IMG/VR virus record: IMGVR_UViG_3300023179_000076
Location: 57,281-77,280 of that record
DNA: 20,000 nt
Origin: an uncultured virus (IMG/VR IMGVR_UViG_3300023179_000076)
Lineage: Duplodnaviria > Heunggongvirae > Uroviricota > Caudoviricetes
Strand: one strand, 5' to 3'
Positions within the stretch are counted from its first letter, which is position 1; the number at the start of each line of letters is the position of its first letter. The position numbers were made by a program, and so were the translations under genes. Shown in pieces: positions 12,001 to 17,376 of the stretch. The notes under the pieces are model-generated. The model was not told the DNA's origin, did no database searches, and was given only the letters and a program-made list of their open reading frames with translations.

Positions 12001-13723
12001 AACTAGAAATTAAAAGATCTAATTTTCCAGCAACTTTGTCTAACGACGCACTATTTTGATCCAAATCTCTACTAACTTGTTCTGTTTTAGCGCCAACAAG
12101 ACTACTTCCAATATTTCTTCCAATAGAACCAACCACGCTTTGTGGTTGTTGTGCTCCTGGTCCTCCTTTAGGAACTTTTTTCAAACCACCAATAAATCCG
12201 CTAGTAAATTGACTTAATCCTCTAAAACTAGCCCCAGCTGCTAAAATAGCAAGTGAAGGTAAAACACCTTTAACAGCATCTGTAATCTTAATAAGACCAC
12301 TAGCAAATGTTAATGCTCCTCTAGCTAAAGTTTGAAAAGTATCACTTTGTCCCAAACTACGAATTAATGTTAAAAATTCTTCTCTCACTTTAGCTATTTG
12401 ATTGGCTAAACTTAATTGTGCTTTAGCAGCATCTGCTGCCAAACTACCCTGACCAGCCTGAGCCACTCTCAAAGCATCTTGTGCGGTAGCAAACTGTTGA
12501 ATCAATGGAATAACTTTGCCAATTTGACGAAAACCACCAAGCTCTTCAACTATTTGGCTAAATCTTATGTCTCTAGGATCTATACTACTTAATCCTTCGC
12601 TAAGTAACTGTACAGCCTTGTATGCACCAACAAATTTACCTTCGGCATCAGTCAGTGTAACACCAAATTCTTTGAGTGCTTCTATAGTACCTTGTCTTTG
12701 AATACGTGTAAAAATAGTTCTCAAACCTGTAGCGATTGTTTCGGCGCTTTCACGCGTTGTGGCACGAACACTAGTAAACACGGCTATAAATTCATTAAGA
12801 GCGTCTGCTCCTTCGCTAACTCCTTTACTCGCGGTTGCAAACACACCACCGGTTCGTTGTATAGCCGCAATAATATCGCTAGACTCAACAGCAAAAGCTG
12901 CTGCAACACTATTAACACTACCTAATGCTTTTTCTAAATCTTTTGCTGCTATGCCAAACTGTCTCATTAGAGCAATAGATCCTTCGACTGTTTGATTAAT
13001 ATCATCAAAACTAGGCGCTAATTCTGTTAATGCTAATGCTTTTAAGGCCTGTTCAGTTTCTCTAGCGCTTAATCCTGCCTGAGCTAATGTTGATGATACT
13101 TGAATTAAACTATCAGAACTAACACCAAGACCAGTTGATAGTCTTGTAATTTCATCTTGGAGTCCTTTTAATCCATCGGCGCTTTGACCAGTAACTTGCT
13201 GTAATCGCACTAATTCTTTATCAAATTCTATAAAGTTTTTCAATCCGCTATTAATTGCTCTATTAAGACTAAAAAATACTCCTGTTACAGCACTAAATGC
13301 AGCAAAACGACGAATGGCTAATGCGCTTTGACGACCAAATTCTTCCATCTCTGTTCGTGCTACAGAAATATTTTTTGCTGTTTTTGTTACTGTTGTTCCT
13401 AAATTACCAGAACTACTTATTGTTTTATTTATATTAGAAGATAATTTATTAGAAGAATTACTAATAGAATTTATACTTTGACCAAAATTTTTAATAGCAG
13501 ATGCTGCCGCAGTAGCGTTGGACGAAACAGAAGATAGGTCGGAACTTAGTTGTTGTAATGATTTACTAAGTTTTGTTGTATTATTAATTGCTGATGGATC
13601 AATATTAAATTTTATATCACCAGTAATTGTACCAAGTTGTTTTTTAACATCCGAAACTATTTGCCTAACATTTGATGGTCCACGCAAATTTAATTGTGCG
13701 GTTAAATTAAAGGCTTGTGCCAT
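1..13723 (-). CDS. Giant tape measure protein with embedded enzymatic modules (3'-truncated by window edge, >4574 aa)
   Basis: ATG at 13723 with AGGA upstream; reads MAQAFNLTAQLNLRGPSNVRQIVSDVKKQLG. Manual translation found no in-frame stop down to base 2 (...PGFKDKKEAAY), which explains its absence from the ORF track. N-terminal part has typical TMP core sequence (EFDKELVRLQQVTG, LAQAGLSARETEQAL, FAVESSDI, RESAETIATGLRTIFTRI, LKEFGVTLTDAEGKF, LGGFRQ). It lies downstream of tail tube and chaperone-like genes. Confidence 0.93.
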   Translation of the reverse strand, partial: MAQAFNLTAQLNLRGPSNVRQIVSDVKKQLGTITGDIKFNIDPSAINNTTKLSKSLQQLSSDLSSVSSNATAAASAIKNFGQSINSISNSSNKLSSNINKTISSSGNLGTTVTKTAKNISVARTEMEEFGRQSALAIRRFAAFSAVTGVFFSLNRAINSGLKNFIEFDKELVRLQQVTGQSADGLKGLQDEITRLSTGLGVSSDSLIQVSSTLAQAGLSARETEQALKALALTELAPSFDDINQTVEGSIALMRQFGIAAKDLEKALGSVNSVAAAFAVESSDIIAAIQRTGGVFATASKGVSEGADALNEFIAVFTSVRATTRESAETIATGLRTIFTRIQRQGTIEALKEFGVTLTDAEGKFVGAYKAVQLLSEGLSSIDPRDIRFSQIVEELGGFRQIGKVIPLIQQFATAQDALRVAQAGQGSLAADAAKAQLSLANQIAKVREEFLTLIRSLGQSDTFQTLARGALTFASGLIKITDAVKGVLPSLAILAAGASFRGLSQFTSGFIGGLKKVPKGGPGAQQPQSVVGSIGRNIGSSLVGAKTEQVSRDLDQNSASLDKVAGKLDLLISSLSALNIAGAPAGSPTSAAGVSIDPTVFNDLRTSINNLRIDFNILNNSLTLNSSKLQDNTNILSDNNSMLNSVYAALVNLDATLDRKDLGGGGGPTTASGGGRILGFSKGGTVPGSGKGDKVPALLEPGEVVMSNRAVNKYGRGNLVRMNRYAKGSKVIDSIDNLTAVSGGTRIKLGIGGIQESDEVETTIIPEPITLNQNDFNDLVSFIKQDYISNIKQYKRMSANNEILNNDTPKSLFAKKNLDLETLDLPLPRPPANWAKGNAFQRLLIKKYGLLSGYSIDSNSTFPEIVEEHFAPLDFESGDAKFEKGVFKYFSRNKQNDDKTILVKRLVHDQDMLPWTDGLDLFTSNYKGKGPLKNTSIYYPENPNQTKSNFDKYYQDKFNQEIIKNANNLNIPMADIVRARNLNSGGLIQKFAGGGEALQSKLSTIRTLLGEFYGSDEQLISKSISNSMIIDEARADKIIANLESSRSQLPLFKKLFSEKSSSVGVLNGFPIARYGAIGGTETMRFDELKDEETIREFIKRGKLATQASRGPVGKRIVYGDQKAARRRFAVGGTVQGIAAEEKKSIETVILEQLSSFGDASGVKKILGLGSGDREAGAILNAGNIKAGKNIEKAIRYINRALAKTGKQNAAKEAKEAAMRKVAIAGLFPLDYNKDFSDWKLEDGREIYGYVRGFQSSFLPQIEAMQEANRATRQKFAEDIQDTAALGGLGNRNIQGPIQPLAIDFDETLALGTKMLDENGKEDLPAYSDREKVTKSLAQARPTSLAKRLASIEQKNPGYVRMYSRILTARPQSTADIIASTLNRFGLPYLEQDVTGVSQGLGTNIAKAKAADVARAEKLIDDNEENIRATMAAGKSTFRYGEVPELKGSAEEKFGQSNIEGGLLEAALSQLLGYNINVDALQRNRAIDFPQGLGRGAQLFGLPPNIETEVKRTLDGDSFSKAREEFSRYFKENPQAFAKGGTATFGSGAFKFPKRISNAYVREMEKLLEQEQMEKVFSTYPGNERMVVDEEAVKKGYESPFTRELFINSFKDKINRNTVFERMGQFARVIGLPPTDLLSAIPTQLDFGVNYPATALFSKDPSGPGTRGLQGVDLTPYGYTEQDKQDLFGYTKLIEEKKKQILKTIKTPVTTYEDGSFSYDTALAEKLRAELDDLQKQQRSLIDKNNAAIKAAKESRLQSANQSGRGSVGIATNPFNTSQRQDYSILYHELTHQLFNSLRTKNAQSFEAYRAKVASLFDGNNDDVADAFDALVGNSGYNSADVAYGRSYKLSGLSSLMIGSAKESFAKYVNSDPEYIPELRKTWAATNSTTTAKAFKPLNPKVNDILLRGKISQDVIDKYEDNGKEEFLTTLIQKLPLLDENLSGILDSTLNDLLGGAGISRQKFATGGPVTDIKELLFGKKKSKPSPEELLAQYKKVLSSILPKEMLTEDGLLKTPTGQGEKINISTVGQQAYYSGALPFKAMRYQIEQAKPLISKQEYSILKDFIDQNIIFETYDTPDTIEVGGAKHKGVLAHETFHDIQGYLYDYYPEIMGKLFASIEKQKDSIQEWYENPDNKKWTGPGNYQLTDILPNLTDRTLGEQRNIGKNMAVSGFTTLQKAKVDPSRNSLRALGRGSFDVGRNEAIPVLLGAASEGSTSAAKILEQIFADTGLKSDFYQTLPRFASGGTVPALVSNGEAYVPPKLAKRIGYGTLGRMNQADKNGMGRFNSGGISIFKGPGSGTSDSIPTNLPVGSFIIREKATKALGLNSGGIVGIRRFKDGDKVSYGRKDTTGIRTLMPDLGFLKTSAILLVDSFRTTEQMISNSYSAWQEIDKVAPILAKTLDRYHSTIDATLDDASLMVQSYRAVVVSLAKQGKTTAEVDAIMTHYIDALNKAIDTYQNPAPIEPPKSTTTYTVTPPRPRRRNRSSLSPTPPPVPKSAEQKLAAVENEAIAQRIESKERIKSEYDPLYRAASSREDKQAIQDEARLKFQAVDATIQANKAAQQQIILQELLAQRAKEANQSTEEYISGLQQEIDTRSINIMEQDFSNVLGPEVPSTQEARQQALSETIRSRGLQAFDVTDLGQGTNIKDIISQISETKNKAQAAATANDYLALRARLAGQSLEEYSQSLSDQALNLAEQFKNNLPRALDSFQEQLFDAKQSLENISAREAKGEYANQEGQERKAIDISQLEESIGDTLENILGENFAGDSNKILKDIMDQLKQGATPTQAFNVQSLTDAIKNISTDEAIVSRAATMIAAQNKIQPEQIKGATGEALKSRGETQQLFKEIDKISAKFSKFGLAIGAAGSVIAKFIDATESRNAAMAAAAISSGTSTASTLAVGIGQSLQTLKELSTSTIFSGTGIGKLAGSVLPGLTKVLTGPFGIAATAAISLAAAFKDAYNAAREFDKELASKKLQTSLDRISILFDEFSKDMTKLSILKDITDQINVGISAAMARLKIDTEVPAMFWTNIIDAMAFSGSEATQRSMILQQQGVGAYLQSTTLGNAPIGMTANALALGIPDAIFKALSGSSMYDTKIFSNRSANEQAALNRQSNMFALAPGLAQQQSAMFKPLADNIFRVFEQQMRSGQKSEDEILASIKDANGNVSQFADTIARSNPIVAQQIIETQARADLDDDQRKKIIDGIIAREAEKQIILNNARVAREIEFEKLNKGVNTFVNSMERIYSNMEMSINKASFKIQQLSNSAELATASLNGNAKAGQVNLKAINVLQNRGVYSQEEQDKAVNFAGSFFGSASQPISSILNIGAGQLEDTILQTINRTRKEDPNATNEKVLARIRSNLDKQLRDLQIPDSLVPSFSKQIQSALKDISTKGDLDQVNFDEIAEKVPGLTKQIEAAKRAQESAVRAMEFYQNAVNEYANAMNTMIDLQLEANQAFNKASDIITSSNNELSKVFGREISLRETLTQTLDKARRQTGGETDPVRISRNIQNLENSRQTLQQASDSAAAKGPSAEDEFKTMQDRLRNNNLALRQNFDALKNLAESSEIASAALAKIQEIQAKRQSGANLIEKIVTSNSEELNKFNSSLNRLDNNMRGIVNRGTTAEQRSESLQSFNMIAPLLGEGAKQNELRANVLESMLLESGQGVTPMFAQVLDSLRNPEGDPEMQEAISVYKQGVSLQASANARLGEIKELMSENTAKNAAEKLKVALQETKFTFEEKILNDIRLEIINLKNLVANNQKASGFATGGIVYASNGASIDFAPKGTDTVPAMLTPGEFVVNRASTRRNLPLLQSINSSRGGKINYLQDGGIVPGENWTTPDKQKLYQSSERDKTELQTSKSYPEVKKEPKADDQKELLLTPARAYKKYTQDIEFPAERNWFTQKIIKKPVPNSNFNIVPGSSYVGNSIDVNDKNSYMYNGLGAERIIKSLLDTSKFLSSDEKPITKQQLEKNKPIYKNILNLIDKNILDKDITTQDKFIPRIKDSVLDIKIPRAFFGYPNSEASIDNLAVSDSTKKYLLSKDKISESAAYPINLSRMPQGVFSNTGGGVKIENLTDYKSAGGSGGLLSDYSQAFADLSITKQNYANLERVIENMDKEKFVASSKFQNKKTIISLLEDFANKKLFSIELGDEDENILDGQKAKGKLLPLTLYNIGANQWQNQIDKFKTKLEKSKNNGNNLADLLPINDDFKADTDNFIDLIDLKTGNRIDSYPWLSKDFNVTDITHENFVSSGKSQFGPKPQKLFDTLSPPIEYGKEKDLAPWFFYRKITRGTRYDTSKRQFVGEPINYYVIDKQDNNRSPFGEMSQDKLFIPENQWQNFNNQLKNNTNQYDNKTGKLIGAEKTFKYMFADPMGGFDSVESELGNQYKSVLQDFVPYIVPSVVTDMEVDALKFKENLKDRAAEVFKNEAVDTAKTKPKIKLETGDAFTNAKKVGIARAVYDIGKKAIGIKSAKPAKLEDVRSIIRELNDNETKLSKDLSKTVPDQRLTNPEWLKNYAYRAFFVELYKGTYKGTDLDTPQFLKGLGLPINNKYFTDPKKSPQIPVPGFKDKKEAAY
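4810..4829. repeat. 20-bp exact direct repeat, copy 1 (ctaattctttatcaaattct)
   Basis: Identical to 13210-13229; both copies encode EFDKEL in the TMP frame. Confidence 0.9.
7004..7822 (-). other. TMP module E: zincin-like metallopeptidase domain 2
   Basis: VLAHETFHDIQ (HETFH 7433-7447), with downstream RNEAIPV (E 7121-7123). Bounded by FATGG and FASGG. Confidence 0.7.
7838..9103 (-). other. TMP module D: zincin-like metallopeptidase domain 1
   Basis: ILYHELTHQL (HELTH 8351-8365) after a beta-strand (GSVGIA), with downstream EEF (7946-7954) as candidate third ligand. Bounded by FAKGG and FATGG. Confidence 0.7.
9119..9360 (-). other. TMP module C2: putative PD-(D/E)xK nuclease domain
   Basis: EGGLLEAAL (E at 9332-9334), AIDFP (D at 9263-9265), ETEVKRT (EVK at 9194-9202). 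Confidence 0.6.
9420..9830 (-). other. TMP module C1: HAD-superfamily phosphatase domain
   Basis: Motif I LAIDFDETL (9800-9826), motif II ILTARP (9614-9631), candidate motif III Lys in AKAKAA, motif IV LIDDNEENI (9446-9472), in canonical order. Confidence 0.8.
10781..11536 (-). other. TMP module A: putative PD-(D/E)xK restriction-endonuclease-fold domain
   Basis: KGNAFQRLL...PLDFESGDAKF resembles GxxFE...D...(D/E)xK, with Q in place of E. Bounded by YAKGS and LNSGG motifs. Confidence 0.4.
12150..13330 (-). other. TMP core domain (PhageMin_Tail/TP901-family-like) within giant ORF
   Basis: Ala/Gln/Leu-rich helical sequence with the TMP core motifs, followed by hydrophobic segment GVLPSLAILAAGASFRGLSQFTSGFIGGL. 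Boundaries approximate. Confidence 0.85.
13210..13229. repeat. 20-bp exact direct repeat, copy 2
   Basis: Identical to 4810-4829, 8400 bp away. Confidence 0.9.
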
Positions 13724-13745
13724 AAATCAAATTCCTAGATTAAGA

Positions 13746-13787
13746 TAAAAATATTCCCCGATTAGAAGAAACTCTAAACGGGGAATA
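13746..13787 (-). terminator. Putative intrinsic terminator/attenuator hairpin upstream of TMP
   Basis: Minus strand TATTCCCCG-T-TTAGA-gtttct-TCTAA-T-CGGGGAATA followed by TTTTT; 9-bp plus 5-bp stems. Confidence 0.7.
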
Positions 13788-13800
13788 ATATAACCCAATA

Positions 13801-13811
13801 TTATATACACT
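13801..13811 (-). promoter_or_regulatory. Candidate late-promoter motif (AGTGTATATAA)
   Basis: GTGTAT core plus A/T-rich tail in an intergenic gap; the same core occurs upstream of the tail tube gene. Confidence 0.4.
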
Positions 13812-13817
13812 AATTTA

Positions 13818-14726
13818 TCAAGTTGTTGACACTGTTTGTTCAGTTGATGCAGAAACTGGTTGGGCTTCTTGAACAACCGGGCTTTCTGTTGGAACTGATG
13901 GTTCAACCTTATCATCTTTGGGTTTTTCCTCATCTAATATTATTGGATTTCCATTTTCATCAAGGAATGGTTGACTATCAACCAAATATTCTCCATCTTT
14001 ATCTACTTTGTTACCAAACTTATCAACAAAATTACCTTCTTCATCAATAAATCGACCACTCTCATCGATCAGTCTACCTTCTCTATCTATTAATCTGCCT
14101 TTCTTATCTACTAGTCGTAATTTTTCATCAATAAATTTAAATTTCTTTAAGAACTTATTTTCTGGTAAATTACTTTCATAATCGTTATCAAGACCATACA
14201 GCATATTAGCTAAATTTTGAGCGCCCATTATAGCAACCTTTTCTGTGCTGCTATTTAGATACTCTTCCATATTTTTGTAAACAGGCTGTTTAGTATCATT
14301 ATACACCAAACAAACACTAACTAAATAATTAAATCTACTATTATCAGCTTGACCTTCTGCGCTATGATTATCTAAACTTGTTCTTACGCTAATAAGATCT
14401 CTTATTTCATCTCGTATGCTTTTCATCTTGATAGCAAGATCTTTGGCTTCATTTAAACTAAAGCCACCTTTTGCTAATCTTTTTTCTCCATCTAGCAGAT
14501 CTTTTTGTAGTTCAGTAAACTTAGCTTGTTTCTCATCATTCCACAAGCCCTGATCTTCTAATAAATCATCTAGCTTTGCTCGTACAACACTTTTACTTTT
14601 AATAGCATCTGTAAAAGCTTGATTATAAACTTTTTGAGCTTCTCTTTGATTTTCTAAGGTTGGGCTTCGTACTAAAAATTCTTTTTCGACACCATCAACT
14701 TCGAGCTTAAAAGTTTTTGTTTTCAT
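13818..14726 (-). CDS. Putative tail assembly chaperone with DxxG heptad repeats (302 aa)
   Basis: GAGGAG RBS (14735-14740), ATGA overlap with upstream gene, position immediately upstream of TMP, helical N-terminal domain. Function inferred from synteny. Confidence 0.6.
   Translation of the reverse strand: MKTKTFKLEVDGVEKEFLVRSPTLENQREAQKVYNQAFTDAIKSKSVVRAKLDDLLEDQGLWNDEKQAKFTELQKDLLDGEKRLAKGGFSLNEAKDLAIKMKSIRDEIRDLISVRTSLDNHSAEGQADNSRFNYLVSVCLVYNDTKQPVYKNMEEYLNSSTEKVAIMGAQNLANMLYGLDNDYESNLPENKFLKKFKFIDEKLRLVDKKGRLIDREGRLIDESGRFIDEEGNFVDKFGNKVDKDGEYLVDSQPFLDENGNPIILDEEKPKDDKVEPSVPTESPVVQEAQPVSASTEQTVSTT
13939..14114 (-). repeat. Protein-level 7-aa tandem repeat h-h-D-x-x-G-x
   Basis: LVDKKGR LIDREGR LIDESGR FIDEEGN FVDKFGN KVDKDGE, then YLVDSQP FLDENGN. 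Confidence 0.9.
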
Positions 14727-15010
14727 TTGTTATTCTCCTCTTTGAAATTAAGTTTATAAGTATATTTTGAACTAATAGTATTCTTTGATAAATATTTTTT
14801 AATGTCATCAATAGCAGCACGAGCTTGCTTATTTCCATTATTTAGTATACTGTTCCTAGTATATTCCCAAGTATCCCAAATTGGACTATCGTCAGGTTCT
14901 TTATCCCATAAATGTCCAAAATGATCTTCAAATCTTGCCAATGCTCCTATCATAGTTGTTTGAAATCTTTTGTATAGATTATCTAATAATTCTTGTTCAC
15001 TATTATTCAT
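14723..15010 (-). CDS. Hypothetical protein in tail module (95 aa)
   Basis: Tightly packed in operon (3-bp gap upstream, ATGA overlap downstream); protein-like sequence FQTTMIGALARFEDHFGHLW. Confidence 0.8.
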   Translation of the reverse strand: MNNSEQELLDNLYKRFQTTMIGALARFEDHFGHLWDKEPDDSPIWDTWEYTRNSILNNGNKQARAAIDDIKKYLSKNTISSKYTYKLNFKEENNK

Positions 15011-15013
15011 ATA

Positions 15014-16039
15014 TTATTTCCTGTTTTTAATTTGTTGGTTAAGTTGATTTCTTAGATCTAACTGTACATCTGGTAGTTGACTTTCTTCTGTTTGTCCAAA
15101 TTTTTGCACATGGCTTATTTTGCTTTTCATTCTATTCAACGACTCCGGACTGTTTAATGATATAATTTCCTCTGCTTGATTAACATTATTAGCCATTATA
15201 AAAACTTCCTGAGCATTTTTAAGTTTTGGATTCATATTATCTATTTGTTGTTGTTTTTTATCTTTTTCTATTTTACGTTTTTGTATTATCATCCATCCAT
15301 CGAGAGCATCGTCATCTTCTAGAATATCATCATCAGGACATTCAGGGTGCTCATATACCCTATCGTACATTTGGCTAATACCTATCAGTGTTCTCTGGTC
15401 ATCTGTTAAGTTTCCATCGAACACATTATTCTTTTTAACATTCCAATATGATCGCCATAGTTGGCTGCGAGCCAATTTTTTAAAATCAGTTATGGATATA
15501 CTGTATTTATTAAGTTCACTAACAATATTATTAAATAACATATAATTAGATGCATTTTTACTAGAAACAAATACTTTATCTTTGTTCTGAATTAATGTGT
15601 GAGAAATAATATATTCATTTTTTATACTATTAGCATATCCCTCTAATGTATTAGAATATAGTTCTTCTTTTTTAGATAGTATAGAATTTAATTGTTTTTT
15701 ATAATTATCAAGATTTTTTTTGATACTATTTTTTTTATCAGAAAGTTTAAAATTTGAATAGTAGTCAGCTTTGCTATTTTCTATTTTTTTATCTAAATCC
15801 TTAATAATCATTTTGGTGTCTTTTGTCCATAAACTTAAAAGTATTAATAAATTTTCTAAATTTTCTTCTCTTATCCAGTCATTATATTTTTCATCATTAA
15901 TGATATTATTATATAATAATTGCGCTTCGTATTTAATAGGTATGGTTGGTGATTTTAAAACATATTTTTCATTATTATAGTAAAAAATTAAACTTCCATA
16001 AAAAATTCTATATAATAATAATTCCAGATCATCATTCAT
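15014..16039 (-). CDS. Putative tail assembly chaperone (341 aa)
   Basis: Lies between tail tube and TMP; N-terminal half paralogous to 13818-14726; acidic C-terminal motif MYDRVYEHPECPDDDILEDDDALDGW. Function inferred from synteny. Confidence 0.6.
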   Translation of the reverse strand: MNDDLELLLYRIFYGSLIFYYNNEKYVLKSPTIPIKYEAQLLYNNIINDEKYNDWIREENLENLLILLSLWTKDTKMIIKDLDKKIENSKADYYSNFKLSDKKNSIKKNLDNYKKQLNSILSKKEELYSNTLEGYANSIKNEYIISHTLIQNKDKVFVSSKNASNYMLFNNIVSELNKYSISITDFKKLARSQLWRSYWNVKKNNVFDGNLTDDQRTLIGISQMYDRVYEHPECPDDDILEDDDALDGWMIIQKRKIEKDKKQQQIDNMNPKLKNAQEVFIMANNVNQAEEIISLNSPESLNRMKSKISHVQKFGQTEESQLPDVQLDLRNQLNQQIKNRK

Positions 16040-16181
16040 CCGAACCTTCTGTATGAGAAGTCTTTAGTCGTTGTATCTCGTTTTCCTTTTCCGAAAGCTG
16101 CTGTCTCATTATCTCTAATACTTTTTGAGCGTTAGATATATCAACATACAGCTTGCCGATTATATTAAACAATTCGTCCAT
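16032..16181 (-). CDS. Small coiled-coil protein (49 aa), not in ORF track
   Basis: MDELFNIIGKLYVDISNAQKVLEIMRQQLSEKENEIQRLKTSHTEGSDE*. Fills the gap after the tube gene and overlaps the next start as ATGAATGA. Confidence 0.75.
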   Translation of the reverse strand: MDELFNIIGKLYVDISNAQKVLEIMRQQLSEKENEIQRLKTSHTEGSDE

Positions 16182-16220
16182 AGTCCAGGAATCATCCTTT
16201 TATCTTTTTTACCTCTACTA

Positions 16221-17342
16221 TCAGTCACCAACAACAGCGTCGTTAGCGTTATCGATCCATTTAACTTCTTGGAAAGTGCCACTAGCTGTAACCTTAAACT
16301 TATTGAAAGTTTGATAGCTATATGTGATGGTAACATTATCACCACCAGCTTCGCCACCAGTATAGTTAACACTAGTGAGTTTATTCTTAGTACCAAGATC
16401 TATTTCTAAATAGTCATTTACTCCGCTGCCACACACAACAATCTTCACAGGCTTATCTTGAAGATTTTTGTATACAACATCGCAACCAACCTGACCATCA
16501 AAGTCTTGACCTTCTACTTGATCGCCGTTATCTCCAATAACCTCGAATTCGCTAGTTACTTCAACTGGGAATGTAACATAACGATAGTATGGGGCCATAG
16601 CGCCAAGTTCATTAATAGCTTCACGACCAAGATCGGTACTAACAGTAACACTCTGTAGATATGGCATAGTGCGATTTTCTGGAATTGGAATACCTCCACC
16701 AGCTCCAGTTGGAATAACGCTTTGACTGCTATTGAATTTATAACGTCTACCAATAGAGGGAGCTGTCATTGTGCCAGCATCGGCTTGGGTGCTGAAAAAT
16801 CCAGCGTTAGCTGCTCCAACATTTGTGCTATTCCAGTATTTATTATTTCCAACAAGTGTAACGTCTTCTGTTGCATTACCATCAACAGGAATAGTGAAAC
16901 TTACGCTGCTAAGATACATGCCAGAACAATCTACCCATGTTGGAACAGTACCAGTTGCGGCACTATTAGTATCTGAATAGATACCAAGTCTAAAATTTAC
17001 TCTATTGTTTGCTAAATTAACTAATTCTTGACCATTGGCCCCAGGAATACCAGTCGAACCACCCATACACATTAGGTATAATGGTGCTGTTCCGTCGATA
17101 ACCTTATTAATTGTTACTTCAACTTCTGGTACGTCTTCAACGTTTTCATATAGTTCGATTTGACCAAGTTGGAAAACTTGTTCCAAAGCAAAATTTGTTG
17201 TTATACCAGCGCTTTGAACACCACGAGGATAGTACCATCCATCGGCGCCACCTGAAAAATATGTTGGAGGTGTTGTGGTATCACTTTGTGGCTTTAGAGC
17301 TATAGCTTGAGTTGCATAAAAAATTCTGTTGTTTCGTGCCAT
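16221..17342 (-). CDS. Major tail tube protein (373 aa)
   Basis: GGAG RBS (17351-17354); beta-rich Gly/Thr/Val composition; tube-like motifs GVQSAGITTNF...FQLGQ and LQSVTVSTDLGREAINELG; located between terminator-like gene and chaperones/TMP. Confidence 0.75.
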   Translation of the reverse strand: MARNNRIFYATQAIALKPQSDTTTPPTYFSGGADGWYYPRGVQSAGITTNFALEQVFQLGQIELYENVEDVPEVEVTINKVIDGTAPLYLMCMGGSTGIPGANGQELVNLANNRVNFRLGIYSDTNSAATGTVPTWVDCSGMYLSSVSFTIPVDGNATEDVTLVGNNKYWNSTNVGAANAGFFSTQADAGTMTAPSIGRRYKFNSSQSVIPTGAGGGIPIPENRTMPYLQSVTVSTDLGREAINELGAMAPYYRYVTFPVEVTSEFEVIGDNGDQVEGQDFDGQVGCDVVYKNLQDKPVKIVVCGSGVNDYLEIDLGTKNKLTSVNYTGGEAGGDNVTITYSYQTFNKFKVTASGTFQEVKWIDNANDAVVGD

Positions 17343-17376
17343 GGAAGAATCTCCGTTTTATGAAATATGGTTTATG

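Noticed and set aside
1..13723. Peptidoglycan hydrolase domain (SLT, M23, NlpC/P60) in the TMP
   Set aside because: No such motifs recognised in the visible part; one could lie beyond the window edge.
13727..13933. 68-aa minus-strand ORF as a frameshift extension of the 302-aa gene
   Set aside because: Runs through the hairpin and promoter-like gap, is not protein-like, and I saw no convincing slippery heptamer at the junction.
16160..16753. 78-aa and 65-aa minus-strand ORFs
   Set aside because: Out-of-frame overlaps with the tail tube gene; the 49-aa ORF explains the downstream gap better.
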